From IMG/VR virus record IMGVR_UViG_3300014039_000541, positions 1 to 64,000 of that record: a stretch of DNA of 64,000 nucleotides. The stretch is one strand, 5' to 3'. Positions 21,319 through 31,367 of the stretch are shown one piece after another. Numbering within the stretch: the first letter of the stretch is position 1; every line of letters begins with the position of its first letter. A program made the position numbers and the translations under genes. The DNA comes from a virus (lineage: Duplodnaviria > Caudoviricetes). Below the pieces are notes generated by a model. It was given only the letters and a program-made list of their open reading frames with translations. It was not told the origin of the DNA and made no database searches.

Positions 21319-21326
21319 TATCTTTG
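21319..21326 (+). promoter_or_regulatory. Bacteroidota sigmaA-type -7 element (TATCTTTG)
   Basis: Same motif context; 29 nt before ATG 21356. Confidence 0.6.
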
Positions 21327-21355
21327 ATTTACAATAACAATTAAAAATTATAATT

Positions 21356-21640
21356 ATGATATACGGATATGTTTCAATATATAATTATATTAAATGTGAT
21401 ATAGATACTGATTATCAAGATGAAGCTGTATCAGAAATAAAGAAAGTTCGACTATTTCTTTCAGAAAAAGAAAGAGATGCTTCCGCACAAGCAGAATATA
21501 TTTCATCTCGTTATAATAATGATATAGAAAAATTTGCTACAAAATCCAAGCAAGGTAATTTAGTTATTCTTGATAGAAAAGAATATTATAGAATGAAAAA
21601 AGAAATTGAAGAACTTAAAAAACAACTTAATAAAGAATAA
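21356..21640 (+). CDS. Hypothetical protein
   Basis: 94-aa ORF. Confidence 0.6.
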   Translation: MIYGYVSIYNYIKCDIDTDYQDEAVSEIKKVRLFLSEKERDASAQAEYISSRYNNDIEKFATKSKQGNLVILDRKEYYRMKKEIEELKKQLNKE

Positions 21641-21704
21641 TATATAGAAAATAGATGAATATAATGTAAACATTGTAATTAATAATAAAAATCTTAAATT
21701 TTAT

Positions 21705-21792
21705 ATCATATTCATCCCACATCGCATTATAATATCAAAGATAGTAAAGTATTAAGGTATAGTAAAAATAACGCGATACGGAGCGAATATGA
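21705..21792. repeat. Long imperfect inverted-repeat element, copy 2
   Basis: ATCATATTC...ATCGCATTA ... TAACGCGAT...GAATATGA, related to 21191..21274. Confidence 0.6.
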
Positions 21793-21815
21793 AGCTAATC
21801 AAAAATATATAAATT

Positions 21816-22415
21816 ATGGTTAATAATTTTGAACTTATAAAATCAAAACTTCACTTTCGGAATGAACGTTCCTTTTACTTTATTCAGATTCTTAAACGGA
21901 AGAAGGAAAATCCTGAAATGAAAGCATATTCAATTCCTATTGAAAGTTTTTATATTTTCAGTGTTGAACAGTTTGAAAAGATTGAACATCGTATCATCGA
22001 ACTTTGTGACATGCATAATGCACGTGCATATATTAAGATGAATTGTTTGGATGCTGAATCTGTAATGCTTGAACAGATTTCTCTTATTACACAGGAAATT
22101 CGTAAAGGGAATTGGAAACATATGAGTAAATCACTTAATTCTGCATGTGGTATATGTGGTAAGCAGGATGGCAATGAAAAATTGTATCTTGTAGATTTAG
22201 ATAATATTGATATTGGTTCTGATGATTATAATGAAATTGTTTCATATATTAACAATGCTCAACCTATTAATGTAACCAATAAAATTTACATGAGTGTTCC
22301 TACAAAAAATGGATGTCATCTTTTAACAACTGGATTTGACATGTCAAAATTTAAACAGACATTTAAATCTATTGATGTTCACAGTGACGGAATTACTTTA
22401 CTTTATATTTCATAA
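21816..22415 (+). CDS. Hypothetical protein with AEP (primase-polymerase)-like motifs
   Basis: LVDLD and PTKNGCHLL resemble AEP motifs I and II. Confidence 0.5.
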   Translation: MVNNFELIKSKLHFRNERSFYFIQILKRKKENPEMKAYSIPIESFYIFSVEQFEKIEHRIIELCDMHNARAYIKMNCLDAESVMLEQISLITQEIRKGNWKHMSKSLNSACGICGKQDGNEKLYLVDLDNIDIGSDDYNEIVSYINNAQPINVTNKIYMSVPTKNGCHLLTTGFDMSKFKQTFKSIDVHSDGITLLYIS

Positions 22416-22418
22416 ATT

Positions 22419-24716
22419 ATGGAGAATTATAAAAATTTTAAATCAGAAACTGTAGGTATCCCTGAATTTGATAAAATTAGAAATGAAGGAAGACTTCTTA
22501 TAGAATATGTCAGGGGCTCTACTTCATATGGTCTTTCAACAGAATCTTCAGATATTGATTCAGGTGGAATTTTTATCTGTTCAATTAAAGAACTTCTTGG
22601 ATATAATTCATATAAGGAAGAAGTTGCTGATGCAAAGAATGATAACAAATGGTATGAATTAAATAAATTCATTTCACTCCTTGTAAAAGCAAACCCTAAT
22701 ATTCTTGAAGCTTTGTTTGTAGATGATAGATTTATTATAGGCGAAATTCATCCTATTATGAAATATCTACGTGAACATAGAGACATGTTTTTAACTAAAC
22801 AATGTTTCACTTCATTCTATAAGTATGCAGAATCACAAATTTATAAGGCAAGAGGTCTTAATAAAAAAATTGTAAATCCTATTACAGAACGGAAAACACC
22901 CCTTGATTTTACATATACATTTAGAAAACAAGGTTCACAAAATATTGTTAATTTTCTAAAGGAATATGGACTACGTATAGAATATTGTGGTTTGTGTAAT
23001 ATTAATCACATGCGAAATAATTATCACATGTTTTATGATTGGGGTAGACACCTATATGAACATCCTGAAGATAAGGAAATTCTTATTAATTCAAGATTAG
23101 AACTTAATTATGATAGAATAAAAAGATTTCCTTCTATTGATGATGAACCTATTATTCATTATAGAGGGTTAACTACTGAAATTGTTTCACATACAACTCA
23201 ACTTCGTTTATCTTCTATCGATGATAAAGATGATTTACCTATTTGTCAAATATCATATAATGTAGATGGATTTCAAGATCATTGTAGAAGATATAAGGAA
23301 TACAAAGAATGGGAAAAGAATAGAAACCCTGTGAGATATGAATCGAATCTCAATAAAAACTATGATTGTTATTTAAATAATGAAACAGAATTTTTAACAA
23401 TAAATGGGTGGAAAAAATATGATGATATATCAAATGATGAATTAATAGCTTCTTTTGATAATAATCATAATATACAATTTGTACCCATTTTAAGCAGATT
23501 CTCTGATAGTTATTCGGGTATAATATATACATTTGAAAATAGATATACACGTTTTTCTGTCACAGATAACCATAAAATGTATGTTTCACCAATTCATAGA
23601 AATATTTCAACAAATTTCTCTACAAAATATATAAAAGAAAAATCAAATTGGCAATTAATTAAAATTAAAGATTTATTTAATAATAAACGCTCATATTTTC
23701 ATCAACTTCGTCATTTAAATAATAATAATAAAGATTATAATATAACAGATGATGAATTAATTATATTAGGCGCATTTTTATCAGAAGGTACTTTTGAATA
23801 TAATAAAAAGCATGAAATTAATGCTATACGTATAGGTCAATATGAGCATAAAGATTTTACAAATATTATTAGAAATATAAAAAGTATTAATATTAAAGAA
23901 TATAAATCAAATAGAAATAAAAAAAATGATATAGAAATTTCATGGATAATTAGAGATTCAAATATTCTTAATATTTGTAAACAATGTAATGGATATTATT
24001 CTTATGAAAAAGAATTACCATCATTTTGTAATAAATTATCAAAACGACAAGTTGATATATTATTAAATATTATGATTTTAGGTGATGGTACAAAAAATAA
24101 AAATAAAGGTCATTATGTTTATTATACGTCTTCAAAAAAATTAGCAGATTCATTATATACATTATTAATATGTAATGGATATAATTGTCAATTTTATGGA
24201 TGTAATGATAATTATTTACATAAAAATGGTTATATACGTAAAGATGGTATTATCTTACCAAAATATCAAATTTTTATATCAAAAAATACAGAATCAACTA
24301 ATGCAATTCATTTTAATGAAAATGATAAACATTGGCACATTAAAAATGTAATTAATGAAAGAATTGTATGTTTTGAAAATAAAAATCATACGCTTGTAAC
24401 TAGAAATAATTATAAAGTTGCATTTCATGGAAATTCTAAGAACATGATGCATAGCTTTCGTCTTATTCATATGGCAAAAGAAATTGCATTAGGAAAAGGA
24501 ATGAAACTCTATAGAACTGAAGATCATTATTTTCTTATGAATATTCGAAACCATAAATATGAATATGATGAATTAATTAAATTAGCAGATAAAGAAAAAG
24601 AAGAAATGTATGAAATTATGAAACATTCTTCTATTCCTGATTCTGTTGATGAAACTAAATTAAATGAAATTCTAATTAATTTACGAATGATGCAAATTAA
24701 AGAAGAAATGAAATAA
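22419..24716 (+). CDS. DNA polymerase beta-superfamily nucleotidyltransferase (RlaP/YcgL-like) containing an intein
   Basis: RGSTSYGL...SDID.GIF, KANPNILEALF, and YD|...|SKNMMH motif split by the intein; mature protein about 409 aa. Confidence 0.85.
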   Translation: MENYKNFKSETVGIPEFDKIRNEGRLLIEYVRGSTSYGLSTESSDIDSGGIFICSIKELLGYNSYKEEVADAKNDNKWYELNKFISLLVKANPNILEALFVDDRFIIGEIHPIMKYLREHRDMFLTKQCFTSFYKYAESQIYKARGLNKKIVNPITERKTPLDFTYTFRKQGSQNIVNFLKEYGLRIEYCGLCNINHMRNNYHMFYDWGRHLYEHPEDKEILINSRLELNYDRIKRFPSIDDEPIIHYRGLTTEIVSHTTQLRLSSIDDKDDLPICQISYNVDGFQDHCRRYKEYKEWEKNRNPVRYESNLNKNYDCYLNNETEFLTINGWKKYDDISNDELIASFDNNHNIQFVPILSRFSDSYSGIIYTFENRYTRFSVTDNHKMYVSPIHRNISTNFSTKYIKEKSNWQLIKIKDLFNNKRSYFHQLRHLNNNNKDYNITDDELIILGAFLSEGTFEYNKKHEINAIRIGQYEHKDFTNIIRNIKSINIKEYKSNRNKKNDIEISWIIRDSNILNICKQCNGYYSYEKELPSFCNKLSKRQVDILLNIMILGDGTKNKNKGHYVYYTSSKKLADSLYTLLICNGYNCQFYGCNDNYLHKNGYIRKDGIILPKYQIFISKNTESTNAIHFNENDKHWHIKNVINERIVCFENKNHTLVTRNNYKVAFHGNSKNMMHSFRLIHMAKEIALGKGMKLYRTEDHYFLMNIRNHKYEYDELIKLADKEKEEMYEIMKHSSIPDSVDETKLNEILINLRMMQIKEEMK
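23367..24434 (+). mobile_element. Intein (356 aa) with LAGLIDADG endonuclease
   Basis: Begins CYLNNETEFLTINGWK, block B VTDNHKMY, LAGLIDADG-like LGAFLSEG and IMILGDG, ends AFHGN before Ser+1. Confidence 0.88.
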
Positions 24717-24720
24717 GTAT

Positions 24721-24760
24721 GAAAAAAGAGATATGTCATTCAAAAACATATCTCTTTTTC
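24721..24760 (+). terminator. Rho-independent terminator
   Basis: AAAAAGAGATATG...CATATCTCTTTTT. Confidence 0.7.
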
Positions 24761-25347
24761 TATATATAATATTTTCAATATTCTAAAATCTAAAAATTAA
24801 TTTTCTAAAAAGAAAGTAACCAAAGAAAAATCATATTTTCATTAATTAATTAAAAATTGATCCTACAATATTTATCTCTATAAAAACTTACCTTCATTTT
24901 CAGAAAAGAAAGTAATCAAAGAAAAGAACCAAAAGAAAATTAAAAATTAATTTTTCTTTATTTAATTTCTTAAATATCTATCATTTCCTTAATATCTTAA
25001 TATTAATTATACTCGAATTTTTCAAAAAAGTCTACATTTTTAAGAAAAAAGTTTAAATTTTATTAAAAATAATTTATAACTTATTGATAATCAATATAAT
25101 AATTTTTACTATTTATACAAATTCTAAATAATATTTAATAATTTTAATTATTTAAATAAAAATTAGAATTTCTTTATTTAAATTTCTTAAATATCTTAGA
25201 TTCTCAAAATACCAGTATTTATTTTACTTACTTTTACGAAAAAAGTCTACATATTTTTAATAATTTTTTCTAATAAAAATTAAACTTTATATTAATATAT
25301 TAGTATAATATATGTTAATAAAACATAAAATTAGATTAAAATACAAG
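24761..25347. other. Long AT-rich non-coding region with direct repeats (candidate origin or regulatory hub)
   Basis: No ORF. AAAAGAAAGTAA(C/T)CAAAGAAAA at 24808 and 24904, AATTTCTTAAATATCT at 24964 and 25181, AAAAAAGTCTACA at 25024 and 25239. Confidence 0.45.
25282..25309 (+). promoter_or_regulatory. Candidate phage promoter AAACT-N17-TATAAT
   Basis: Same motif and spacing recur at 30326, 32267, 33615 and on the minus strand at 25006-25033. Confidence 0.5.
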
Positions 25348-27363
25348 ATGCAATATACAAATTATAGAAATATTAAGAAACTGGGGTTACTTATTATTGC
25401 ATTTGAGGGTACTGAACATCTTTATAATATCATTTCCGAACTTAGAGAATCTGTTGATTATGTTTCTATTGGATTGTAGAGATTATCTTATCATGGAGAT
25501 AAGATTTCTGAAATTGATTTACAAGAGATTTTACGATTACGTGACGAAGATAAACTTGTAGATAATATCGTGGAGATTGAACTTGATACAACAAAACCTG
25601 CGAGAGAGCAAGAGACTGACAAGAGAAACATGTTAATTCAAGACGCGGAAGATCATGGATGTACACATGCAATAGTTATAGATTCCGATGAATATTATAC
25701 AAAGAAAGCATTTGAGAATGCATGCAAAATGATTGATGATAATGATTATCCAATTACATATTGTCAATATATAAATTATTATCATGATTACAAACATTTC
25801 TTGGTTTATCCATTCAAGGATGGAATGTATGTTCCTTTTGTTACGAGAGTTCAATATAGACATTCATTCGAATGTACAGATTTTCTTTTGCCATCAGATC
25901 CTACACGAAGATTTGTAAGACCATATTCAGGAGTTGAAAAAGTTGTTGGTAAAGATGGAAAAGTTCATAAGATTAAGAATTATACAGTAGATTATCATGT
26001 ATTCAAATGGAATGAGGTGAAGATGCATCATTTGAGTTGGTTACGCGCGGACATCAGAAAGAAACTCGAAATGTGGTCTTCAAAGAAATGCTTTGATAAT
26101 TATGATGATTTGATTGATAGAGCTGTTGATTCATTTAATAAGTTTGATGAAAATTGTACACAAGCTAAAGCATTGATGTTGTTTAACACTCCTGGTAATT
26201 CTGTAGATGTTAAAGCATTTCCAAAACAATATATACATCCAAAAGTTGATTATCGTACAAGGTTAAGAAAAGTTAGAAATCCTAAAAAACTTTTAGTATT
26301 ATCAATGTGTAGTACAGTTGATCCAATTTATAATAAGTTAGAGGAAACATGTGTAAAGACATGGAAAAATACATATCTTAATAATGAGAACACATTATTA
26401 AATGAATCGAATTGGAATCAATATCATAGTAGTAATGAACCTTATATTGATATTGATTTTTGGGTTTATACAGATGCTGAAGAAGGAGAAGATACTCACG
26501 TAGATGAAGCTAATAAAATAATTTATATTAAGAGAGAATATAAAGATAAAGATGATGCATTATATCATACATATTCAAAGACAATTTTTGCGTTAAGAGA
26601 AATTAAGAAGTTAGAACTTAAATATGATTATTTAATCAGAACAAATAATTCTACATGGATTAATCTCCCTTTATTGAATGAGTTCCTTGCATATCAAGAA
26701 GATGATTCACAATTATTCACCGGAAGAATATATGGAAGTTTTTGGTCCGCATTTAATATTTACGCAGGTGGTGAACTTATGGTATTCTCAAGAAGAAATG
26801 TTGATATTCTTGATAAGTTATCAGGAGATGATCCTATTAAATTTGAGAAAGCAATATTGGGGTGTGACGATAATTTGATATTCGGTTTATGGAATAAACG
26901 TTTGATGAAATTAGGATTAAGAGAATCTGATTATATCCATTCATTTGAAGATGATTTATTCATTTCACCTGAAAATCATAAAGATTATGATTTTGCACAT
27001 ATAGCAATTCAGACTAGGACATACTTTGATAAAGAAAATAATCAAAGAGACAATAAATCTGATATTTTAAAGGAATATTCTCATTTAGAAAACAGAGAGT
27101 ATTATGATATTGAAAAGATGAAAGATATTCAAAAAGCATGGAATAATAATAATGAATCTCTGAAGACATTATATAATCGTATGATGGAAAAATATTACGA
27201 TAAATTTATTCATCCGATTAAATATAGTAAACAAGATTGGTTTAAACTTGATGATAAAGCAAAAACATATTGTAAGTTTGAAACAACAATGGATAGAGAA
27301 GAAGGACTTGAATATTTAAGGAAGAGACAAAAAGAATGTGGTTATGTAACAACATTAATTTAA
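25348..27363 (+). CDS. Two-domain glycosyltransferase (GT-A DxD domain + GT31/galactosyltransferase-like domain), 671 aa, one TAG
   Basis: ATG 25348 with a single TAG at 25477 extends track ORF 25570. IDSDEYY and MHHLSW, then YDYLIRTNNSTWINL and GCDDNLIFG. Confidence 0.72.
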
Positions 27364-27374
27364 TTAATAATATA

Positions 27375-27413
27375 AAGGAATAGAGTATTTTTTATAAATC
27401 TCTATTCCTTTTT
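27375..27413 (+). terminator. Rho-independent terminator
   Basis: AAAGGAATAGAG...CTCTATTCCTTT. Confidence 0.7.
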
Positions 27414-27479
27414 CTGTTAAATGATGTTAACTAAATAAACTTTTATCATTAATCATTTTCTTTTTTGAAAATAATGATG

Positions 27480-27487
27480 TATCTTTG
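27480..27487 (+). promoter_or_regulatory. Bacteroidota sigmaA-type -7 element (TATCTTTG)
   Basis: 30 nt before ATG 27518, with TTTG further upstream. Confidence 0.65.
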
Positions 27488-27517
27488 TATCGTTAAATTA
27501 AAATACATAGATTATAT

Positions 27518-28585
27518 ATGCAACATTTATATCAATTCTTGCAGAGTAAGAGATTACCTGTTAGAGAAATATTGAGTTGTAATTGTCAGATAACAACAAA
27601 AGTTGACGGCTCTGCATTTCAATATTATAAACATCAAGGAAATGTGTATTATTCGAAGAGACCTAATGCACCGTATATTCCTGGAAAGAATATCATTGAT
27701 GAGTTTGACCTTATCATGAATAATATGTATAATAATGCATATAATATTCTTGAAAGTAATAAGAATAAAATTCCTGATGATATAGAGATATTAAATTTTG
27801 AAGTTTTTGATAGAAATAAAGATAATCATATTATTAAATATAATGGTGAATATAAGAATGATATTGTTCTTTTATCTGGTTATGATATGTTAGGAAATAT
27901 TGTTCCTTTTGAAACATTGAAGAGTATAGCAGATGATTTAGATATTAGCTGTATAAATCTCCTGTATGACGATTATTTTTCTCAAGAGTATATTTCTTTA
28001 CTGATGGAAAATAAATGCGATACAGAGAAGATATGGTATCAAATTTCGAGTCTTATAAAAGATAAGATAGATATTGAAAATATAGAAGGCTTTGTATTGA
28101 CGTTTAATGAACATACGGACATAGAAAATATCAATAGAATATTGAAGATTCAATCTCCGAAATTTCATGAAAATATTATGAAACATTTGGAAGATGAAAA
28201 GAAATCAAAACAAGATGTTAATCTTGAATGGATTTATGATATGTTTATTGAATCTGGTAAATATTTTGAAAATATTGATGAACATCCTATTACAAAATTA
28301 TGTCAAATGTATATGGCAACAGAGATCACAAATGAAGACTTTTCGAACATCGAAAATACTTTGAAAAAAGTTGAGATTTTGAGAAATCAAGAAATAAATA
28401 TATCACTAATATCCAGATATTACTATATGTTTCCTAATAGTATGGATGATATAGAATATCCTACAATATTGAAATTCCTGTTTCTTGTATTCAGGAACAA
28501 ACGAGTAAAGACACCATTATGGTGTTCATTAGAATATCAGTTAAATAAAGTTAATCATTTTATAGATAATTATATATTTAATTGA
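27518..28585 (+). CDS. RNA ligase-like covalent nucleotidyltransferase
   Basis: Motif I TTKVDGS, III NFEVF, IV IEGFVL, V LKI. Confidence 0.6.
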   Translation: MQHLYQFLQSKRLPVREILSCNCQITTKVDGSAFQYYKHQGNVYYSKRPNAPYIPGKNIIDEFDLIMNNMYNNAYNILESNKNKIPDDIEILNFEVFDRNKDNHIIKYNGEYKNDIVLLSGYDMLGNIVPFETLKSIADDLDISCINLLYDDYFSQEYISLLMENKCDTEKIWYQISSLIKDKIDIENIEGFVLTFNEHTDIENINRILKIQSPKFHENIMKHLEDEKKSKQDVNLEWIYDMFIESGKYFENIDEHPITKLCQMYMATEITNEDFSNIENTLKKVEILRNQEINISLISRYYYMFPNSMDDIEYPTILKFLFLVFRNKRVKTPLWCSLEYQLNKVNHFIDNYIFN

Positions 28586-28632
28586 TAATATAGACAATTT
28601 AATTAATAACGCATATAAAAAATAATTTAGAT

Positions 28633-29568
28633 ATGGTAATCGCAATGCAAAATCAGTTTAGTGAGGATTATATGAACAATAATTACGGTATTGATTCAGT
28701 TGATGACGACAAGAATTATGTTATCGACGACACAATGAATGTTGATGTAAATCTTGAAGCTTTAAAGCGTGAGGGAATTACAGAAGACGAAATTGACGAA
28801 ATGTTTAATCTTGATGATGAAGCAATTAATAGTTCTATTAATGCTTTGGATTCTAAGAAGATTAATAAGTTGAAGAAACAAACATCAAAAGCAAAGAAGA
28901 AGCTTGAAGATGATATTATTCTTGTAAAGAAGTTTGTAGATAATCCTACACATGATAATTTCAATAAGTTGTGGGAGAGATTTTATTTCGGAGTAAAAGG
29001 ACATGCATTTAAGTTTATGCATGACTGGGACCTTGCAGATGATATGACACTACAGACATTTACTCGTGCATGGGAGTTCCGTGATAAGTATGATATTGAG
29101 AAGGCAAAGTTCTCTACATGGTTGTATACAATTTGTCGTAACTTGTGTCTTGGGGAAATCAATAAGAGAAATAAGGAAAACATTGTTGGTAATGATATTT
29201 CTGATATGTTTGATTCTGCTATGTTGACTTCAAGTTCAGCAATGTCTACAAATTCTACACAGTATACAGTAGAGAATGGTGATTTAGTTGCGAATTCAGC
29301 AGATGATCTTGTGTTGAAGATGTATGATACTTCTCTTAATGAGATTGAGAAACTCGGCGGCACTTATGCAAAGGTTCTTCGTATGAAACTTGTTGATGAC
29401 ATGAAGATTAGAGAGATTGCAAATCAACTTAATATGAATGAATCAACAGTTAAGAATTATCTATATAAAGGAAAAGAAACACTTGAGTCTATTATGAAGA
29501 CAAAGCATAAGGGACTTTATGAAATGTATCTTGAATCTGCAGGAGATGAAGCCGCAAAAATGATGTAA
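28633..29568 (+). CDS. Phage-encoded sigma-70 family (ECF-like) sigma factor
   Basis: Region 2 ADDMTLQTF...AKFSTWLYTICRN and region 4 HTH IREIANQLNMNESTVKNYLYKG; long acidic N-terminal extension. Confidence 0.88.
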   Translation: MVIAMQNQFSEDYMNNNYGIDSVDDDKNYVIDDTMNVDVNLEALKREGITEDEIDEMFNLDDEAINSSINALDSKKINKLKKQTSKAKKKLEDDIILVKKFVDNPTHDNFNKLWERFYFGVKGHAFKFMHDWDLADDMTLQTFTRAWEFRDKYDIEKAKFSTWLYTICRNLCLGEINKRNKENIVGNDISDMFDSAMLTSSSAMSTNSTQYTVENGDLVANSADDLVLKMYDTSLNEIEKLGGTYAKVLRMKLVDDMKIREIANQLNMNESTVKNYLYKGKETLESIMKTKHKGLYEMYLESAGDEAAKMM

Positions 29569-29578
29569 GAATCAAAGG

Positions 29579-30082
29579 ATGAAACTAATTGATAATATAA
29601 AAGATTGGTGGTATTCATTTAAAGATGACTACCATCAATTTTCAAAAGATAAAATGATTAAGAAAGCATTTCATAAATTAATTCAGAGTGAATCTAATGA
29701 TCGTGAAAGTTTTTTTAATCAAAGTAATTTACGAGCGACAAATGATTTTTATGAAGTCGTTCAGGTTATTGATATTCCAGAAGAGTATCAAATAAAGGGA
29801 CAGCAATGGCAAATAATGGATAAGTTAAATGAAAATTCATTTTTTGTCACAAGATATTTAAGAGATGAACTTCAATTAGGTGATAATGTTTCTATTCCTG
29901 AATATTATCACATAGAAGACCCATCAAGTGGGAAACCATTTAGTTGCAGGTATCTTGCTGTTTGGAATTATCAACCTGTATTGAAATCAAAAAAGAAAAT
30001 TTATATTGTTAATACAATAATCGGAACTATTGGAACAACAGTAGTGTCAGGATTAACATGGTTAGCAATAATTTTACTATAA
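29579..30082 (+). CDS. Hypothetical protein with C-terminal transmembrane segment
   Basis: 167 aa with a hydrophobic C-terminus. Confidence 0.65.
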   Translation: MKLIDNIKDWWYSFKDDYHQFSKDKMIKKAFHKLIQSESNDRESFFNQSNLRATNDFYEVVQVIDIPEEYQIKGQQWQIMDKLNENSFFVTRYLRDELQLGDNVSIPEYYHIEDPSSGKPFSCRYLAVWNYQPVLKSKKKIYIVNTIIGTIGTTVVSGLTWLAIILL

Positions 30083-30291
30083 TGAAGAAATACAGAAACA
30101 TTTATTTTTTGAAAAGTATGTGGGCATAGGGTCATGGTTCACGTGATATAGAATATTATGGTACAATGTATAGTTTTTCTAAATAGATAAAAGATTTTGA
30201 TAAGAAGTTTGATAGAAATCAAGATCTTATTATAAACTGTACAGAATGTATGAAAAATAAAATAGGTAAATTTATTAAAGTGAAGAAATAA
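30082..30291 (+). CDS. Small hypothetical protein, 69 aa, TAG=Gln (absent from ORF track)
   Basis: TAATG coupling to the previous gene, two in-frame TAG, TAA 30289-30291. Confidence 0.5.
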
Positions 30292-30325
30292 TCTAAATAT
30301 TTCTTCACTTTTTACATTATATGTT

Positions 30326-30353
30326 AAACTATTTTAGTAATATATAGTATAAT
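30326..30353 (+). promoter_or_regulatory. Candidate phage promoter AAACT-N17-TATAAT
   Basis: Recurrent motif; 27 nt before ATG 30381. Confidence 0.5.
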
Positions 30354-30380
30354 ATAAAAATAAATTTACGTAAATTTATA

Positions 30381-31214
30381 ATGACAAAGAAAAAGATTAC
30401 AGTTGAAGAAGGAGCAAAACTTGATGAGCTTAAAGAAAAGAAGAATCTACCTTCTACTACAGATAAGAAAGAAGATGAACTTACAAAAGCAGGAGTTCCT
30501 GAGTTAACTGAAGAACAGAAAGAGTATGCACGTGTAACAGTTCGTAATGAGTTTAATAAGAAGTTTTCAAAATGGGCTGAGATTGATCCTGTAAATGCAA
30601 CAGATGATGATATTGCACAAGCAAAGAAAGATTTCGAAGATTGTTTGAATGCAAATAAAAATAAGAAGTATATGCTTGCTACACATGATGATGGACTTGC
30701 ATTGACAACTGCTAAATTCCTTAAAGATTGGAATGCAAAGTTTAATACATGGGAGAAAGGATCATGGCGTGGACTTATTCAGTTTGATAAAGTAATTACA
30801 AAAATTATTACAGAACTTGAAGGTGATAAAAATAAGGATTTTGAGATTGATTATTCTACATTGATTTTCTTGTATCAGAGTATGGGAGACCCTAAGGGAA
30901 CAGGACTTGATACTGCCAGAGAAATGGCGAAGTTTGAAAATTATAATGAGGAAACAGGAAAGGTATTTGAAGAAGATATTCCTGTAACTTATAGTGGTAT
31001 TCTTGAGAAAGTAAATCTTGAAGTTAAGAATCTTTCTAATATTGATAAGAAGTTGACAATTCTTAAGGAGAGAGTAAACCTTGCTTATGCAGGTTTGAAG
31101 ATGAATTTAAAGATTTCTGATATTGAGGAATTTATTGAGTTTCATGAGGCAATTACCGCATCTGCTGCAGATGATGATCCAGAGGTAAAGAAAGCACTTG
31201 GTGAAAAGAAATAA
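30381..31214 (+). CDS. Hypothetical protein
   Basis: 277 aa, helical and charged, no TAG. Confidence 0.75.
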   Translation: MTKKKITVEEGAKLDELKEKKNLPSTTDKKEDELTKAGVPELTEEQKEYARVTVRNEFNKKFSKWAEIDPVNATDDDIAQAKKDFEDCLNANKNKKYMLATHDDGLALTTAKFLKDWNAKFNTWEKGSWRGLIQFDKVITKIITELEGDKNKDFEIDYSTLIFLYQSMGDPKGTGLDTAREMAKFENYNEETGKVFEEDIPVTYSGILEKVNLEVKNLSNIDKKLTILKERVNLAYAGLKMNLKISDIEEFIEFHEAITASAADDDPEVKKALGEKK

Positions 31215-31259
31215 TTATCATTTATTTTAATATATACATAAAGTATTTTTATTATTTTT

Positions 31260-31297
31260 ATAGGGATTTGATACATGTGAATGTGTTGAATCCCTAA
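31260..31297 (+). terminator. Hairpin/terminator
   Basis: TTAGGGATT...AATCCCTAA with G-U pairs, followed by a T-rich tract. Confidence 0.55.
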
Positions 31298-31367
31298 TTT
31301 GTTTTAACTATGTAATATAAGATATGGTATAGAATATTTCTGTATACATACAAAAAATATTTGAAAT

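Noticed and set aside
24761-25347. CRISPR array
   Set aside because: Each repeat occurs only twice, with no regular repeat-spacer periodicity and no cas genes.
5082-29363. Short antisense or alternate-frame track ORFs (e.g. 5082, 6567, 9633, 9661, 13158, 14137, 16245, 22427, 25633, 28716, 28983)
   Set aside because: They overlap well-supported genes and have the composition of shadow frames.
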